Assembly (NCBI GenBank): GCA_046484135.1
Contig: JAWOBU010000063.1
Coordinates: forward strand, 1-27,201
Direction of reading: 5' to 3'
DNA length: 27,201 nt
From: a bacterium
GTDB lineage: Bacteria > RBG-13-61-14 > DATKZS01
The notes beneath the pieces were generated by a model. The model was not told the DNA's origin, did no database searches, and saw only the letters and a program-made list of their open reading frames with translations. Shown piece after piece: positions 18,367-26,825 of the stretch; the first letter of the stretch is position 1, and each line of letters begins with the position of its first letter. The position numbers were made by a program, and so were the translations under genes.

Positions 18367-18481
18367 AGGCCGGCGGGCCGGACAGCTCGGGGCAAACGCG
18401 GGCGGAGCGGTTTTTTAACTGTCTGCCGCCTGCGGTACAATGAATAGATTGTAAAACAGATTGTAATGGCGGGAGGTTCTT

Positions 18482-19597
18482 TTGGAAAAACTGGATACGG
18501 AGAGCTTCATATCCGGCTGGCGGCGCCAGGCCGATCATATGGCCGGTTTCAGACAAGAGACGGGCAGGCCCGTGATGGGGCTGGTTCTTACGGACGTGCC
18601 GGAAGAGCTGGTTTACGCCGCGGGAGCGGTTCCTACAACGCTGTTGGCCCGGGACGTGTCTTTCCAGGCGGCGGACAAGCATCTGCAGGGGTTTGCCTGT
18701 TCTTACTCGCGCAGCCTGGTGGAGAGGGTGGAGCAGGGAGAGCTGGACTTTCTGGACGGTCTTATCATTCCTTATGCCTGTGACACTACGCGGTGCCTGG
18801 ACCTCATCTTCAAGTACATGGACCGGTTTGGGTTCTACGACTGTCTCCGCATTCCCAAAAGGGTGAACGCCCGGGGCATGGAGAAGTACTTCCGGGCGGA
18901 GCTTCAAAGGCTTTCGTCCGCGCTTTCTTCTTTCACCGGCGTAGAGGTCACCGATGCGAGGCTGCAAGAAGCCATAAGTTCTTATAACCGGGTGCGCGGT
19001 CTTTTGCAGCGCCTGCGGGAGGGGGTGAGAGAGGGCCGGATACCAGCTTCTAAGTATCTTTCCGCGGTAAAGTCGGCCATGGTCCTGCCGCCGGAGCAGA
19101 GCGCCGGTCCGCTGGAATCGCTGGCAGAAGAGTCGGCTTTGCAAAGTTCTGAAGAGAAGGGTCGGCGGGTGATCGTGGGAGGCAAGATGGCCGAGCCGCC
19201 GGGGCTTTTGGACCTCCTTTCCGGCTCCGGTCTTTTCGTCGTGGAGGACCACCTTACAGTGGGCGGAAGATGGGCGGCTTCGCTGGTGCCGGAGGACGGC
19301 GATCCCTGGGATGCGCTCATAAAGCGTCAGTCACAGCGCCTGCCTTTTTCCGGGATCTGGGACGGCCGTCCTTCCCGTGCCTCCCACCTGGTGGAACGGG
19401 CCCGGGAGCTTAAGGCGGACGGAGTGGTGTACCTGGTCCAGAAGTTCTGCGAGCCGTCGGAGATAGACTATCCCGGCATCCGTCGGGAGCTGGAGCGGGA
19501 GGGCCTGCCGGTGCTGGAGCTCGAGACCGACCTTGGCGAGTCCAGCCTGGAGAACGTGCGCACGAGGGTGGACGCCTTTGCGGAGATGCTCCAATAA
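18482..19597 (+). CDS. 2-hydroxyacyl-CoA dehydratase / benzoyl-CoA reductase subunit (HgdB/BcrC family)
   Basis: VPEELVYAAG; three Cys motifs FACSY, YACDT, KFCEP; ADGVV; terminal TRVDAFAEML. TTG start with GGGAGG RBS. Confidence 0.88.
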   Translation: MEKLDTESFISGWRRQADHMAGFRQETGRPVMGLVLTDVPEELVYAAGAVPTTLLARDVSFQAADKHLQGFACSYSRSLVERVEQGELDFLDGLIIPYACDTTRCLDLIFKYMDRFGFYDCLRIPKRVNARGMEKYFRAELQRLSSALSSFTGVEVTDARLQEAISSYNRVRGLLQRLREGVREGRIPASKYLSAVKSAMVLPPEQSAGPLESLAEESALQSSEEKGRRVIVGGKMAEPPGLLDLLSGSGLFVVEDHLTVGGRWAASLVPEDGDPWDALIKRQSQRLPFSGIWDGRPSRASHLVERARELKADGVVYLVQKFCEPSEIDYPGIRRELEREGLPVLELETDLGESSLENVRTRVDAFAEMLQ

Positions 19598-19742
19598 GGC
19601 GGTTGATGGCCGGGACTGTCTTTACTTTCCGTCAATGCGGCCGGGGGTTGACAAAAGCCGGCAGATAAACTACTGATTAAATATAGAGGATAGAAAAGGA
19701 TGCGGAGCGGGGATTCCGGAGGACAAGGAGAGGATTAGAGAA

Positions 19743-20069
19743 ATGATCGAGTTCAAGGATGTCAATGAACTGGAAGTTACGCCCCTGGAATACATGATTG
19801 AACTGGGCGCAAATGGCAGCCATGTACTCTTCGAGAATGAGCGGATCAAACAAGCATTTAAAAAGCGGGAAGAAGACCTTGCCCATATCGGCAACGAGTC
19901 ATTGTCTGAAGTCAGGGAAGCGGTAAACCAGGTGTTGAACATACCGGACTTCGAGGGAAAGAAGGACTATATCCATTCCCTGGAGCCGGACATCCAGGAC
20001 GTGCTTATTTACCTGTACTTCCAGATGATCGAAAAAACCATGCTGCTCAATCAAATCCAACATCACTAA
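19743..20069 (+). CDS. Hypothetical acidic helical protein
   Basis: 108-aa ORF filling the intergenic space, purine-rich RBS region, protein-like composition; no family recognised. Confidence 0.75.
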   Translation: MIEFKDVNELEVTPLEYMIELGANGSHVLFENERIKQAFKKREEDLAHIGNESLSEVREAVNQVLNIPDFEGKKDYIHSLEPDIQDVLIYLYFQMIEKTMLLNQIQHH

Positions 20070-20165
20070 TCCCCGGTCCTCTTTAAAAGACTTGTCCTGT
20101 AAGCAATCTCCGCCCCGTCCTCCGCCGGCCGAAGAGTAAAAACGCCAAGAGCCGGGAGGTTGCAA

Positions 20166-20732
20166 ATGTCATCAGAGCTTTCGGAACAGGACAAAAAGAC
20201 GCTTCTCAAGATCGCCCGGGACACCATCGAGAGCTATACCCGGTCCGGTGAAAAGCCGGCGCTTCCCGATCCCCTGCCGGATTCGCTTTCCGGTGAGAAC
20301 GGCGCTTTTGTTACCATTCATAAGAAGGGGAGTCTGCGCGGATGCATCGGCAACTTCGTGGGACAGGGTCCGCTGGCGGCCACGGTGCAGAACATGGCCC
20401 TGGCCGCGGGGTGGGAAGACCCCCGGTTCCCGCCCCTTGCCGAGAGCGAGCTAAAGGACATAGATATCGAGATATCCGTGCTCTCTCCGCTCCGGGAGAT
20501 CAACAGCGTGGACGACATCGAGGTCGGCAAGCACGGCATTTACATAACCAAGGGAATGTACCGGGGGGTCCTCCTGCCGCAGGTGGCGGTGGAGCAGGGA
20601 TGGGACCGGGACACCTTTCTGTCCCAGACCTGTGTAAAGGCCGGCCTTCCCCCGGACGCCTGGAAAAACCGGGAGCTCAAGATAGAAATCTTCTCCGCGG
20701 ACGTGTTCGGAGAAGAGGAACTTAAAAAGTAG
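20166..20732 (+). CDS. amrA: AmmeMemoRadiSam system protein A (AMMECR1 domain)
   Basis: GAFVT, LRGCIG, DPRFPP, EISVLSP, GVLLPQVA, CVKAGL; ATG 20166 behind GGGAGG. Confidence 0.95.
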   Translation: MSSELSEQDKKTLLKIARDTIESYTRSGEKPALPDPLPDSLSGENGAFVTIHKKGSLRGCIGNFVGQGPLAATVQNMALAAGWEDPRFPPLAESELKDIDIEISVLSPLREINSVDDIEVGKHGIYITKGMYRGVLLPQVAVEQGWDRDTFLSQTCVKAGLPPDAWKNRELKIEIFSADVFGEEELKK

Positions 20733-20736
20733 ATGC

Positions 20737-21729
20737 ATGGACGACGTACAAACTCATAACACCATCAGGAAGCTCCTCGCCCGGGCCCTCCGGGAAGAGA
20801 AGATATGCCACGCCTACCTCGTCGCCGGTCCGGAAGGCTGCGGAAAGAGGACCATGGCCCGGGAGCTGGCCACGGCACTGGTGTGCGAGAGGCGGACCTT
20901 CCCCCCCTGCGGGCGATGCGGACCCTGCCGCAGGGTTTCCGCCGGCAACCACCCGGACGTGACCCAGGTCGAGCCCGAGACCAGGAACATCCTCATCAGG
21001 CAGATCAGGGAGCTCGCGGGCCGGCTTCATTACCACAGCTTCGAGGGAGGATATAAAGCGGGGATCATCCCCGACTGCGAGATGATGACCGAGAAGGCCC
21101 AGAACGCTTTTCTGAAAACACTGGAGGAGCCTCCCGCGGACACCGTTCTTATCCTGACCACCACCAACCTGTCCAAGGTGGTGCCCACTATCCAGAGCAG
21201 GTGCCAGATTGTAAGACTGGGGCCTCTGCCCACTTCCCTTATAAAGGAGCTTGTCGAAAAACAAAGAGGCCTTTCCCCTGAAGATGCGGAGCTGGTGGCC
21301 TGCCTGGCCCAGGGAAACGCCAGGAGGGCACTGGACATGGACCTGTCCCTGGTGGTGGACTCCAGGAAAGAGCTTTTAAAAAAGCTGATCTCGATCGAGC
21401 CGGACGACAGGGTGGGCATGCTCAACTTCGCCGAAAGTCTGGCAAAGGATGATCTTCCCCAGGACTTCCTCCTCGATCTCCTGGCCGGCTTTTACCTGGA
21501 CGTACTTTATGTCAAGCTGGGCAAAACCAACATAAGGAACCGGGACCTTCTGGAAGAGGCCGGCAGACAAGCAAGGAAGACTCCTTTGCAGACCATAATT
21601 TCCCGGGTAGAGTACGCCCAACGGGCAAGAGACAGGATCTACCTTTATAACTCGAACCCACGCCTCACCTGGGAGGTCTTGACCATGTCATTGCTGGGCC
21701 TGGAAGGAGCCAAGGTTAACGCGCTATGA
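20737..21729 (+). CDS. holB: DNA polymerase III subunit delta'
   Basis: HAYL..GPEGCGK, zinc motif C...PCGRCGPC, HPDV, AQNAFLKTLEEPP, TIQSRC; directly upstream of ricT. Confidence 0.93.
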   Translation: MDDVQTHNTIRKLLARALREEKICHAYLVAGPEGCGKRTMARELATALVCERRTFPPCGRCGPCRRVSAGNHPDVTQVEPETRNILIRQIRELAGRLHYHSFEGGYKAGIIPDCEMMTEKAQNAFLKTLEEPPADTVLILTTTNLSKVVPTIQSRCQIVRLGPLPTSLIKELVEKQRGLSPEDAELVACLAQGNARRALDMDLSLVVDSRKELLKKLISIEPDDRVGMLNFAESLAKDDLPQDFLLDLLAGFYLDVLYVKLGKTNIRNRDLLEEAGRQARKTPLQTIISRVEYAQRARDRIYLYNSNPRLTWEVLTMSLLGLEGAKVNAL

Positions 21730-23141
21730 AAGATCAGAAAGATAACAGGAGTGTCTCGGAAGATAAACTTGATACGCCCGGCTCCGCCTCCGTAGCAGCG
21801 GACAAGGAAAGCCGCTCGGAGGACACTGCTTCTGCGGCAAAGGAAAGCCCGGAACCGGAAGCGGCAGAAAACGGTTCCGGGGCCGGGGACGAGGCTGCGA
21901 AAAAGCCCGGCTCCCCGGAGGGGCCGCTCAAGCTGGTGGGCGTCAAGTTCCGGCAGGCGGACAAGACCTATTACTTCTACGCCGGTCCGCTCCGGTTTCA
22001 CATCGGCGAGAAGGTCATAGTGGAGACGGACCGGGGGCTGGGCATAGCCCGGATAGTGACGCCGGTGTTCGAGGCGGACCCCGCCGAGGCTCCGAAAGGC
22101 CTGAAGAAGGTCATCCGCAAGGCCAACTGGAACGACCTGGAAAGGGACGAGAAGAACCGGGTCCGCGAAGAGGAAGCGGCAAACCTTTGCAACCGGAAAA
22201 TAGCGGAGCGCGGCCTGGGCATGAAGCTCGTCAAGGTCGAGTATCTTCACGACGCCAGCAAAGCCATATTCTACTTTACCGCCGAGCACCGGGTGGACTT
22301 CCGGGACCTGGTAAAAGACCTGGCCCGCCAGCTTCACACCAGGATCGAGATGCGACAGATCGGCGTCCGGGACGAAACCAAGCTGCTGGGCGGCATCGGG
22401 CCCTGCGGAAGGAATGTCTGCTGTGCCTCCTTTCTGACCGACTTCTCTCCCGTGTCCGTCCGCATGGCCAAGGACCAGAACCTGGCCATGAACCCCGCCA
22501 AGGTTTCCGGTCTTTGCGGAAGGCTCATGTGCTGCCTGTCCTTCGAGCACGAGCTGTACAGCAAGCTGGTCAAGACCATGCCCAAAAAAGGCAAGAAGAT
22601 GGTGTGCTCCCACGGCCCCTGCCGTGTGATAGACTTGAACATACTGGCACGCAAGGTACTCGTGGAGATCGAGTCCGGCAAGACCGTCTTTGTGCCGGTG
22701 GACGAGCTCAAGACCCTGCAGGAGGCCCAGGCGGAGGAGGAAGCGGAAGAAACCCTGGACGAGCTGGAAGCTCCCGAAGAAATATGGGAAAGCGATGACC
22801 CCAGCATGCTGGAGAAGCTGGAAAAGGCGGACCACGGGAGAAGCGCGGAAAAAAGCCGGCAGAAAGACACTGACTCCAGCCGGCAGAGACAGGAAAGCCC
22901 GAAAAGCGGTGAAGAACGGAAAGGGCAGGGGCAAGAGACCCAACACAGACCCGGACGAAAAAGAGGGAAGACGAGTGGAAAGCAGGGCGAAAAACAGAAA
23001 CAGGAAACCCGGACCCGGCAACAGCCGCCTTCAGACAAAGGACAGCAGCCAGAGAATGGAAAAGAAAAACAACCGCCGGCAGGCAGCAAGCCCCACTCCA
23101 AGCGGTCCAGGAAAAGAAAGCGGAAAAAGAAATCCACCTAG
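21726..23141 (+). CDS. ricT: PSP1-domain regulatory Fe-S protein RicT/YaaT with low-complexity extensions
   Basis: VIVETDRG, RVDFRDLVKDLA, RIEMRQIGVRDE, GPCGRNVCC, SGLCGRLMCCL; 4-nt overlap with holB. Confidence 0.93.
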   Translation: MKDQKDNRSVSEDKLDTPGSASVAADKESRSEDTASAAKESPEPEAAENGSGAGDEAAKKPGSPEGPLKLVGVKFRQADKTYYFYAGPLRFHIGEKVIVETDRGLGIARIVTPVFEADPAEAPKGLKKVIRKANWNDLERDEKNRVREEEAANLCNRKIAERGLGMKLVKVEYLHDASKAIFYFTAEHRVDFRDLVKDLARQLHTRIEMRQIGVRDETKLLGGIGPCGRNVCCASFLTDFSPVSVRMAKDQNLAMNPAKVSGLCGRLMCCLSFEHELYSKLVKTMPKKGKKMVCSHGPCRVIDLNILARKVLVEIESGKTVFVPVDELKTLQEAQAEEEAEETLDELEAPEEIWESDDPSMLEKLEKADHGRSAEKSRQKDTDSSRQRQESPKSGEERKGQGQETQHRPGRKRGKTSGKQGEKQKQETRTRQQPPSDKGQQPENGKEKQPPAGSKPHSKRSRKRKRKKKST

Positions 23142-23171
23142 GGCAGTGGATCATATGGAATTGCCTTTTTG

Positions 23172-23364
23172 TCGCCCTTACAGGGCTTGTATTCGATTAG
23201 TTCAATATTTTCCCCGGGGCTTTTAGGCCCCGGCCTTTAGGCCGCCGTCCCGTTGGGGACTAGACAGCCTCGAATCCGCGCCCTGAAAGGGGCGGAAGGA
23301 CTACAGCCCAGGGCGAAAGCCCTGGGGAAACGGTTTCAAAAAACAAAGAGCCCTGAAAGGGCGA
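23172..23364. repeat. REP/REPIN-like composite palindromic element
   Basis: Two inverted ~85-90 bp arms, each made of GCCCTGAAAGGGC-type and CCCAGGGCGAAAGCCCTGGG-type hairpins. Confidence 0.75.
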
Positions 23365-23466
23365 GGGAAAGCGATCATCGCACTACACTAAAGAGAAGCC
23401 CCGGTCTTAAACCCGCAAAAACAGCGTTCGGGAAAGCGTGAAGTAAAAACCGAGGAAGTAAAGCCA

Positions 23467-24999
23467 ATGACGACAACCTATTACGTTACCACCCCCATTT
23501 ACTACGTGAACGACGTTCCCCATATCGGGCATGCCTACACCACCCTGGCCGCGGACGTGCTGGCCAGGTACTACCGACTGAAAGGCTGTAAGACCTACTT
23601 CCTCACCGGCACGGACGAGCACGGACTCAAGATGTACCGGGCCGCCGAGCAGAAAGGCATATCCGTCCAGGAGCTGGCCGACAAAAACTCCGATAAGTTC
23701 AAGAACCTGTGGGAGGCCCTCGGCATAAGCTACGACGACTTCATCCGCACCACGGAGAAAAGGCATGAAAAAGGAGTGATCGAGTTCTACAACCGGCTCG
23801 ACCCGGACGACATCTACCCGGGCGAGTACGAAGGGCTCTACTGCACCCCGGACGAGACCTACTACACCGAGCTTCAACTGGTGGACGGCAAGTGCCCCAT
23901 GTGCGGCAGGCCGGTCGAAAAGGTCAAGGAGAAGTCCTACTTCTTCCGCATGAGCAGGTACCAGGACAAACTGCTCTCCCACATTGACGGGAACCCGGAC
24001 TTCATCCTGCCGGAGGCAAGAAGAAACGAGATAAGAAGCTTTATAAAAGAAGGCCTCCGCGACCTGTCCATCTCCCGCACCAGCTTCGACTGGGGGATTC
24101 CGCTCCCGGACGATCCCGCCCATGTGCTTTATGTGTGGGTGGACGCGCTGGTGAACTATATCTCGGCCCTCGGGTTCGGGCACGAAGACGACAGCAAGTT
24201 CCAAGAGTTCTGGCCCGCTAACGTGCATCTTATCGGCAAGGACATCCTCCGCCACCACGCCGTGATCTGGCCCTGCCTGCTCATGTCCGCGGGGATCGAG
24301 CTGCCCCAAACCGTGTTCGCACACGGCTGGTGGACCCACGAGGGACAGAAGATGTCCAAGTCCCTGGACAATTTTATAGATCCATATGAGGTGGTTAATA
24401 CCTACGGCCTGGACCAGTTCCGGTACTTCGTGCTCCGCGAGGTCCCCTTTGGATCGGACGGGGACTTCAGCGACGAAGCAATAAAACACCGGATCAACTC
24501 CGAGCTGGCCAACGACCTCGGGAACCTGCTGTCCAGGACCGCGGGCATGGCCGGAAAGTACTTCAAAGGCGAGGTCAAACCTCCGGGTCCGCCGGAAGGG
24601 CCGGACCAAGAGCTCATCGAGGCCGCTGCTGAAGCTTCGCGCCAGGTGGACCGCGAGATGGAAGCCTGCGGGTTCGGCAAGTCGCTTATAGCCATCTGGA
24701 GCTTTATCGGCAAGGCCAACAAGTATATAGACACTACCAAGCCCTTCTCCCTGGCCAAGGAAGAAGGGCAGGAGCAGAGACTCGCCACCGTCATGTACAA
24801 CCTGGCCGAGGTCCTCCGTATAACCGCTATCCTCGTGTATCCTTTCATGCCCGGCTCCGCTGAAAACATGTGGGAGCAGATCGGCATGGAAGGAAGCCCC
24901 GCCGATCCGCCGCTCGAAGAAAAGCTTAAATGGGGAGGAGTGAAACCGGGCACCGTCATGAAAAAGGGAAAATCGCTCTTTCCCAGGATCGAGGAGTAA
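23467..24999 (+). CDS. metG: Methionine--tRNA ligase (short form, no C-terminal tRNA-binding domain)
   Basis: YVTTPIYYVN, HIGH, GTDEHG, knuckle CTPD...CPMC, YVWVDAL, GKDI, KMSKS, LANDLGNL; ends LFPRIEE. Confidence 0.97.
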   Translation: MTTTYYVTTPIYYVNDVPHIGHAYTTLAADVLARYYRLKGCKTYFLTGTDEHGLKMYRAAEQKGISVQELADKNSDKFKNLWEALGISYDDFIRTTEKRHEKGVIEFYNRLDPDDIYPGEYEGLYCTPDETYYTELQLVDGKCPMCGRPVEKVKEKSYFFRMSRYQDKLLSHIDGNPDFILPEARRNEIRSFIKEGLRDLSISRTSFDWGIPLPDDPAHVLYVWVDALVNYISALGFGHEDDSKFQEFWPANVHLIGKDILRHHAVIWPCLLMSAGIELPQTVFAHGWWTHEGQKMSKSLDNFIDPYEVVNTYGLDQFRYFVLREVPFGSDGDFSDEAIKHRINSELANDLGNLLSRTAGMAGKYFKGEVKPPGPPEGPDQELIEAAAEASRQVDREMEACGFGKSLIAIWSFIGKANKYIDTTKPFSLAKEEGQEQRLATVMYNLAEVLRITAILVYPFMPGSAENMWEQIGMEGSPADPPLEEKLKWGGVKPGTVMKKGKSLFPRIEE

Positions 25000-25029
25000 A
25001 TAAAAGACCGCCGCGGCGGAGGACCGACG

Positions 25030-25818
25030 ATGACCGAGCTGTTCGATACCCACTCCCATCTCGACTTCTCCCGGTTCGACCGGGATCGCGAGGAGGTCCT
25101 TGACCGGGCCCGGCACGAGGGGGTTAAGTATATCATCACCATAGGCGCAGGCGGCGGCCCGGAGAACATGGAAAACGCACTCCGCCTGGCAGCCGAGCAC
25201 GAGAACATGTGGGCCACCGCAGGGGTGCATCCCCACGACGCAAAACACATGGACGACCAGACACTCCAGAGAATCCGCACTCTGGCGGCCGACCCCAAGG
25301 TGGTGGCCATAGGAGAGATCGGGCTCGATTACGCCAAGGAGTACTCCCCGAGAAAAGAGCAACAGCAGGCCTTCCGGGACCAGATGAAGCTGGCCCGAGA
25401 GCTCGACCTGCCGGTGGTCATCCACGACCGGGACGCACACGAGGACGTGATGGACGTGCTGAAAAAAGACGGCGCAGGAGAGGCAGGCGGAATCATGCAC
25501 TGCTACTCCGGAACCGCGGATTTGGCCCTCCGGTTCATCGCCATGGGCTTTTATATCTCCTTTCCCGGGGTCATCACCTTCAAGAACGCGGCAAACCTGC
25601 ACGAGACCGCCGGCGCCGTGCCCGCGGAAAAAATCCTTATCGAAACCGACTGTCCCTTTCTGGCGCCCCAACCGTACAGAGGAAAAAGGAACGAGCCCGC
25701 CTATGTAAAGCTGGTGGCCGAAAAAATAGCCGAGCTCAGGGGGACTTCTTACCAAGAGATCGCCCGGCAGACCACAGCCAACGCCATGAGGGCCTTTCGC
25801 TTGAGCGGCACAGGCTAA
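25030..25818 (+). CDS. tatD: TatD family hydrolase (YcfH-like)
   Basis: DTHSH, GVHPH, GEIGLD, IHDRDA, HCYSG, ETDCP, RGKRNEP. Confidence 0.95.
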   Translation: MTELFDTHSHLDFSRFDRDREEVLDRARHEGVKYIITIGAGGGPENMENALRLAAEHENMWATAGVHPHDAKHMDDQTLQRIRTLAADPKVVAIGEIGLDYAKEYSPRKEQQQAFRDQMKLARELDLPVVIHDRDAHEDVMDVLKKDGAGEAGGIMHCYSGTADLALRFIAMGFYISFPGVITFKNAANLHETAGAVPAEKILIETDCPFLAPQPYRGKRNEPAYVKLVAEKIAELRGTSYQEIARQTTANAMRAFRLSGTG

Positions 25819-25834
25819 GCAGAGGTAAGAGCCG

Positions 25835-26500
25835 ATGGAGATAGCAAAAGGGGTCTACCAGGTAGGAGGTGCAGGTGTTTCCGCGGGCGGCGATGCCGCG
25901 GCGTATCTGGTGGACGGCGAAAAAGAAGCCGTGCTTATTGACGCCGGCACCGGAGAAGCCACCCAGCGGCTTGTGGAAAACATCAGCCGCACCGGGGTAG
26001 AGCCTTCCCGGGTGGGGATACTGGTACTTACCCACTGCCACGTGGACCACTCCGGCGGGGCCCTCGAGCTGAAACAAAAGCTCGGGCTGTCTGTTGCATG
26101 TCATAAAGAATGCGGCCGCATCCTGGCCAGGGGAGACGACCCCAGAACCGCGGCCGAATGGTACGGCATAAAGCTCCCGCCTATCAGGGCTGACGTGGCT
26201 TTCGAATCCGAAGAGTACGAAATAGACCTCGGCGACACCTCACTTACATGCATCCATGTACCCGGCCATTCGCCCGGCTCCATTTGCGCGGTCCTGGACC
26301 GGGAGGGAAAGCGAATCCTTTTCGGACAGGATGTCCACGGACCTATTCATCCCGCGCTCGAATCAGACTGGAACCAGTGGCAGGAGAGCTTGCAAAGGAT
26401 GATAGAGCTCGAGGCCGACGTGCTTTGCGAGGGCCATTTTGGAATCATCTCTCCCGCCCACGAGGTCGCAAAATTCATCAAATCTTTTCAGGTCGCATAA
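25835..26500 (+). CDS. MBL-fold metallo-hydrolase
   Basis: LIDAG, THCHVDHSGG, PGHSPGS, GQD, CEGH. Confidence 0.9.
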   Translation: MEIAKGVYQVGGAGVSAGGDAAAYLVDGEKEAVLIDAGTGEATQRLVENISRTGVEPSRVGILVLTHCHVDHSGGALELKQKLGLSVACHKECGRILARGDDPRTAAEWYGIKLPPIRADVAFESEEYEIDLGDTSLTCIHVPGHSPGSICAVLDREGKRILFGQDVHGPIHPALESDWNQWQESLQRMIELEADVLCEGHFGIISPAHEVAKFIKSFQVA

Positions 26501-26624
26501 GAAGTAAGGTCTAACTATTTGCAACAGAACGCTTTTTTCTGAGAGCAGAGATTTGGGGGATTTTCAAAGAGGAACTGGATGCCGCCGGGCATAAGATGCC
26601 GAGACATAATAAAAAATATCGCTC

Positions 26625-26653
26625 TTGACAAAAGGGGAGAAAAAATATATCAT
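26625..26653 (+). promoter_or_regulatory. sigma70 promoter of the tRNA gene
   Basis: TTGACA-N17-TATCAT with an A-rich UP-like tract upstream; ends 14 nt before the tRNA. Confidence 0.75.
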
Positions 26654-26667
26654 AATGGCTCAATTGA

Positions 26668-26744
<77 letters not shown>

Positions 26745-26753
26745 AGGATACCC

Positions 26754-26791
26754 AACGGGCATCGGTAAATATTCCGGTGTCCGTTTTTTTT
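26754..26791 (+). terminator. Rho-independent terminator after the tRNA
   Basis: ACGGGCATCGG/CCGGTGTCCGT stem (two G-U pairs) followed by a T run. Confidence 0.85.
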
Positions 26792-26825
26792 GGTTCATCC
26801 GGTTTATTGGTACCTGAGCAAAAAC

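Noticed and set aside
19648..19690. sigma70 promoter at TTGACA 19648
   Set aside because: No good -10 hexamer at 16-18 nt spacing, so it was not called as a feature.
23142..23466. T-box or SAM riboswitch upstream of metG
   Set aside because: No T-box (GGTGGNACCGCG) or SAM-I core consensus seen; the structure is explained by REP-like palindromes.
23407..25755. 782-aa minus-strand ORF and other long antisense ORFs (21-1478, 7462-8922, 17798-19252, 21645-23021, etc.)
   Set aside because: They shadow well-supported genes on the opposite strand, are expected from high-GC codon bias and show no recognisable motifs.
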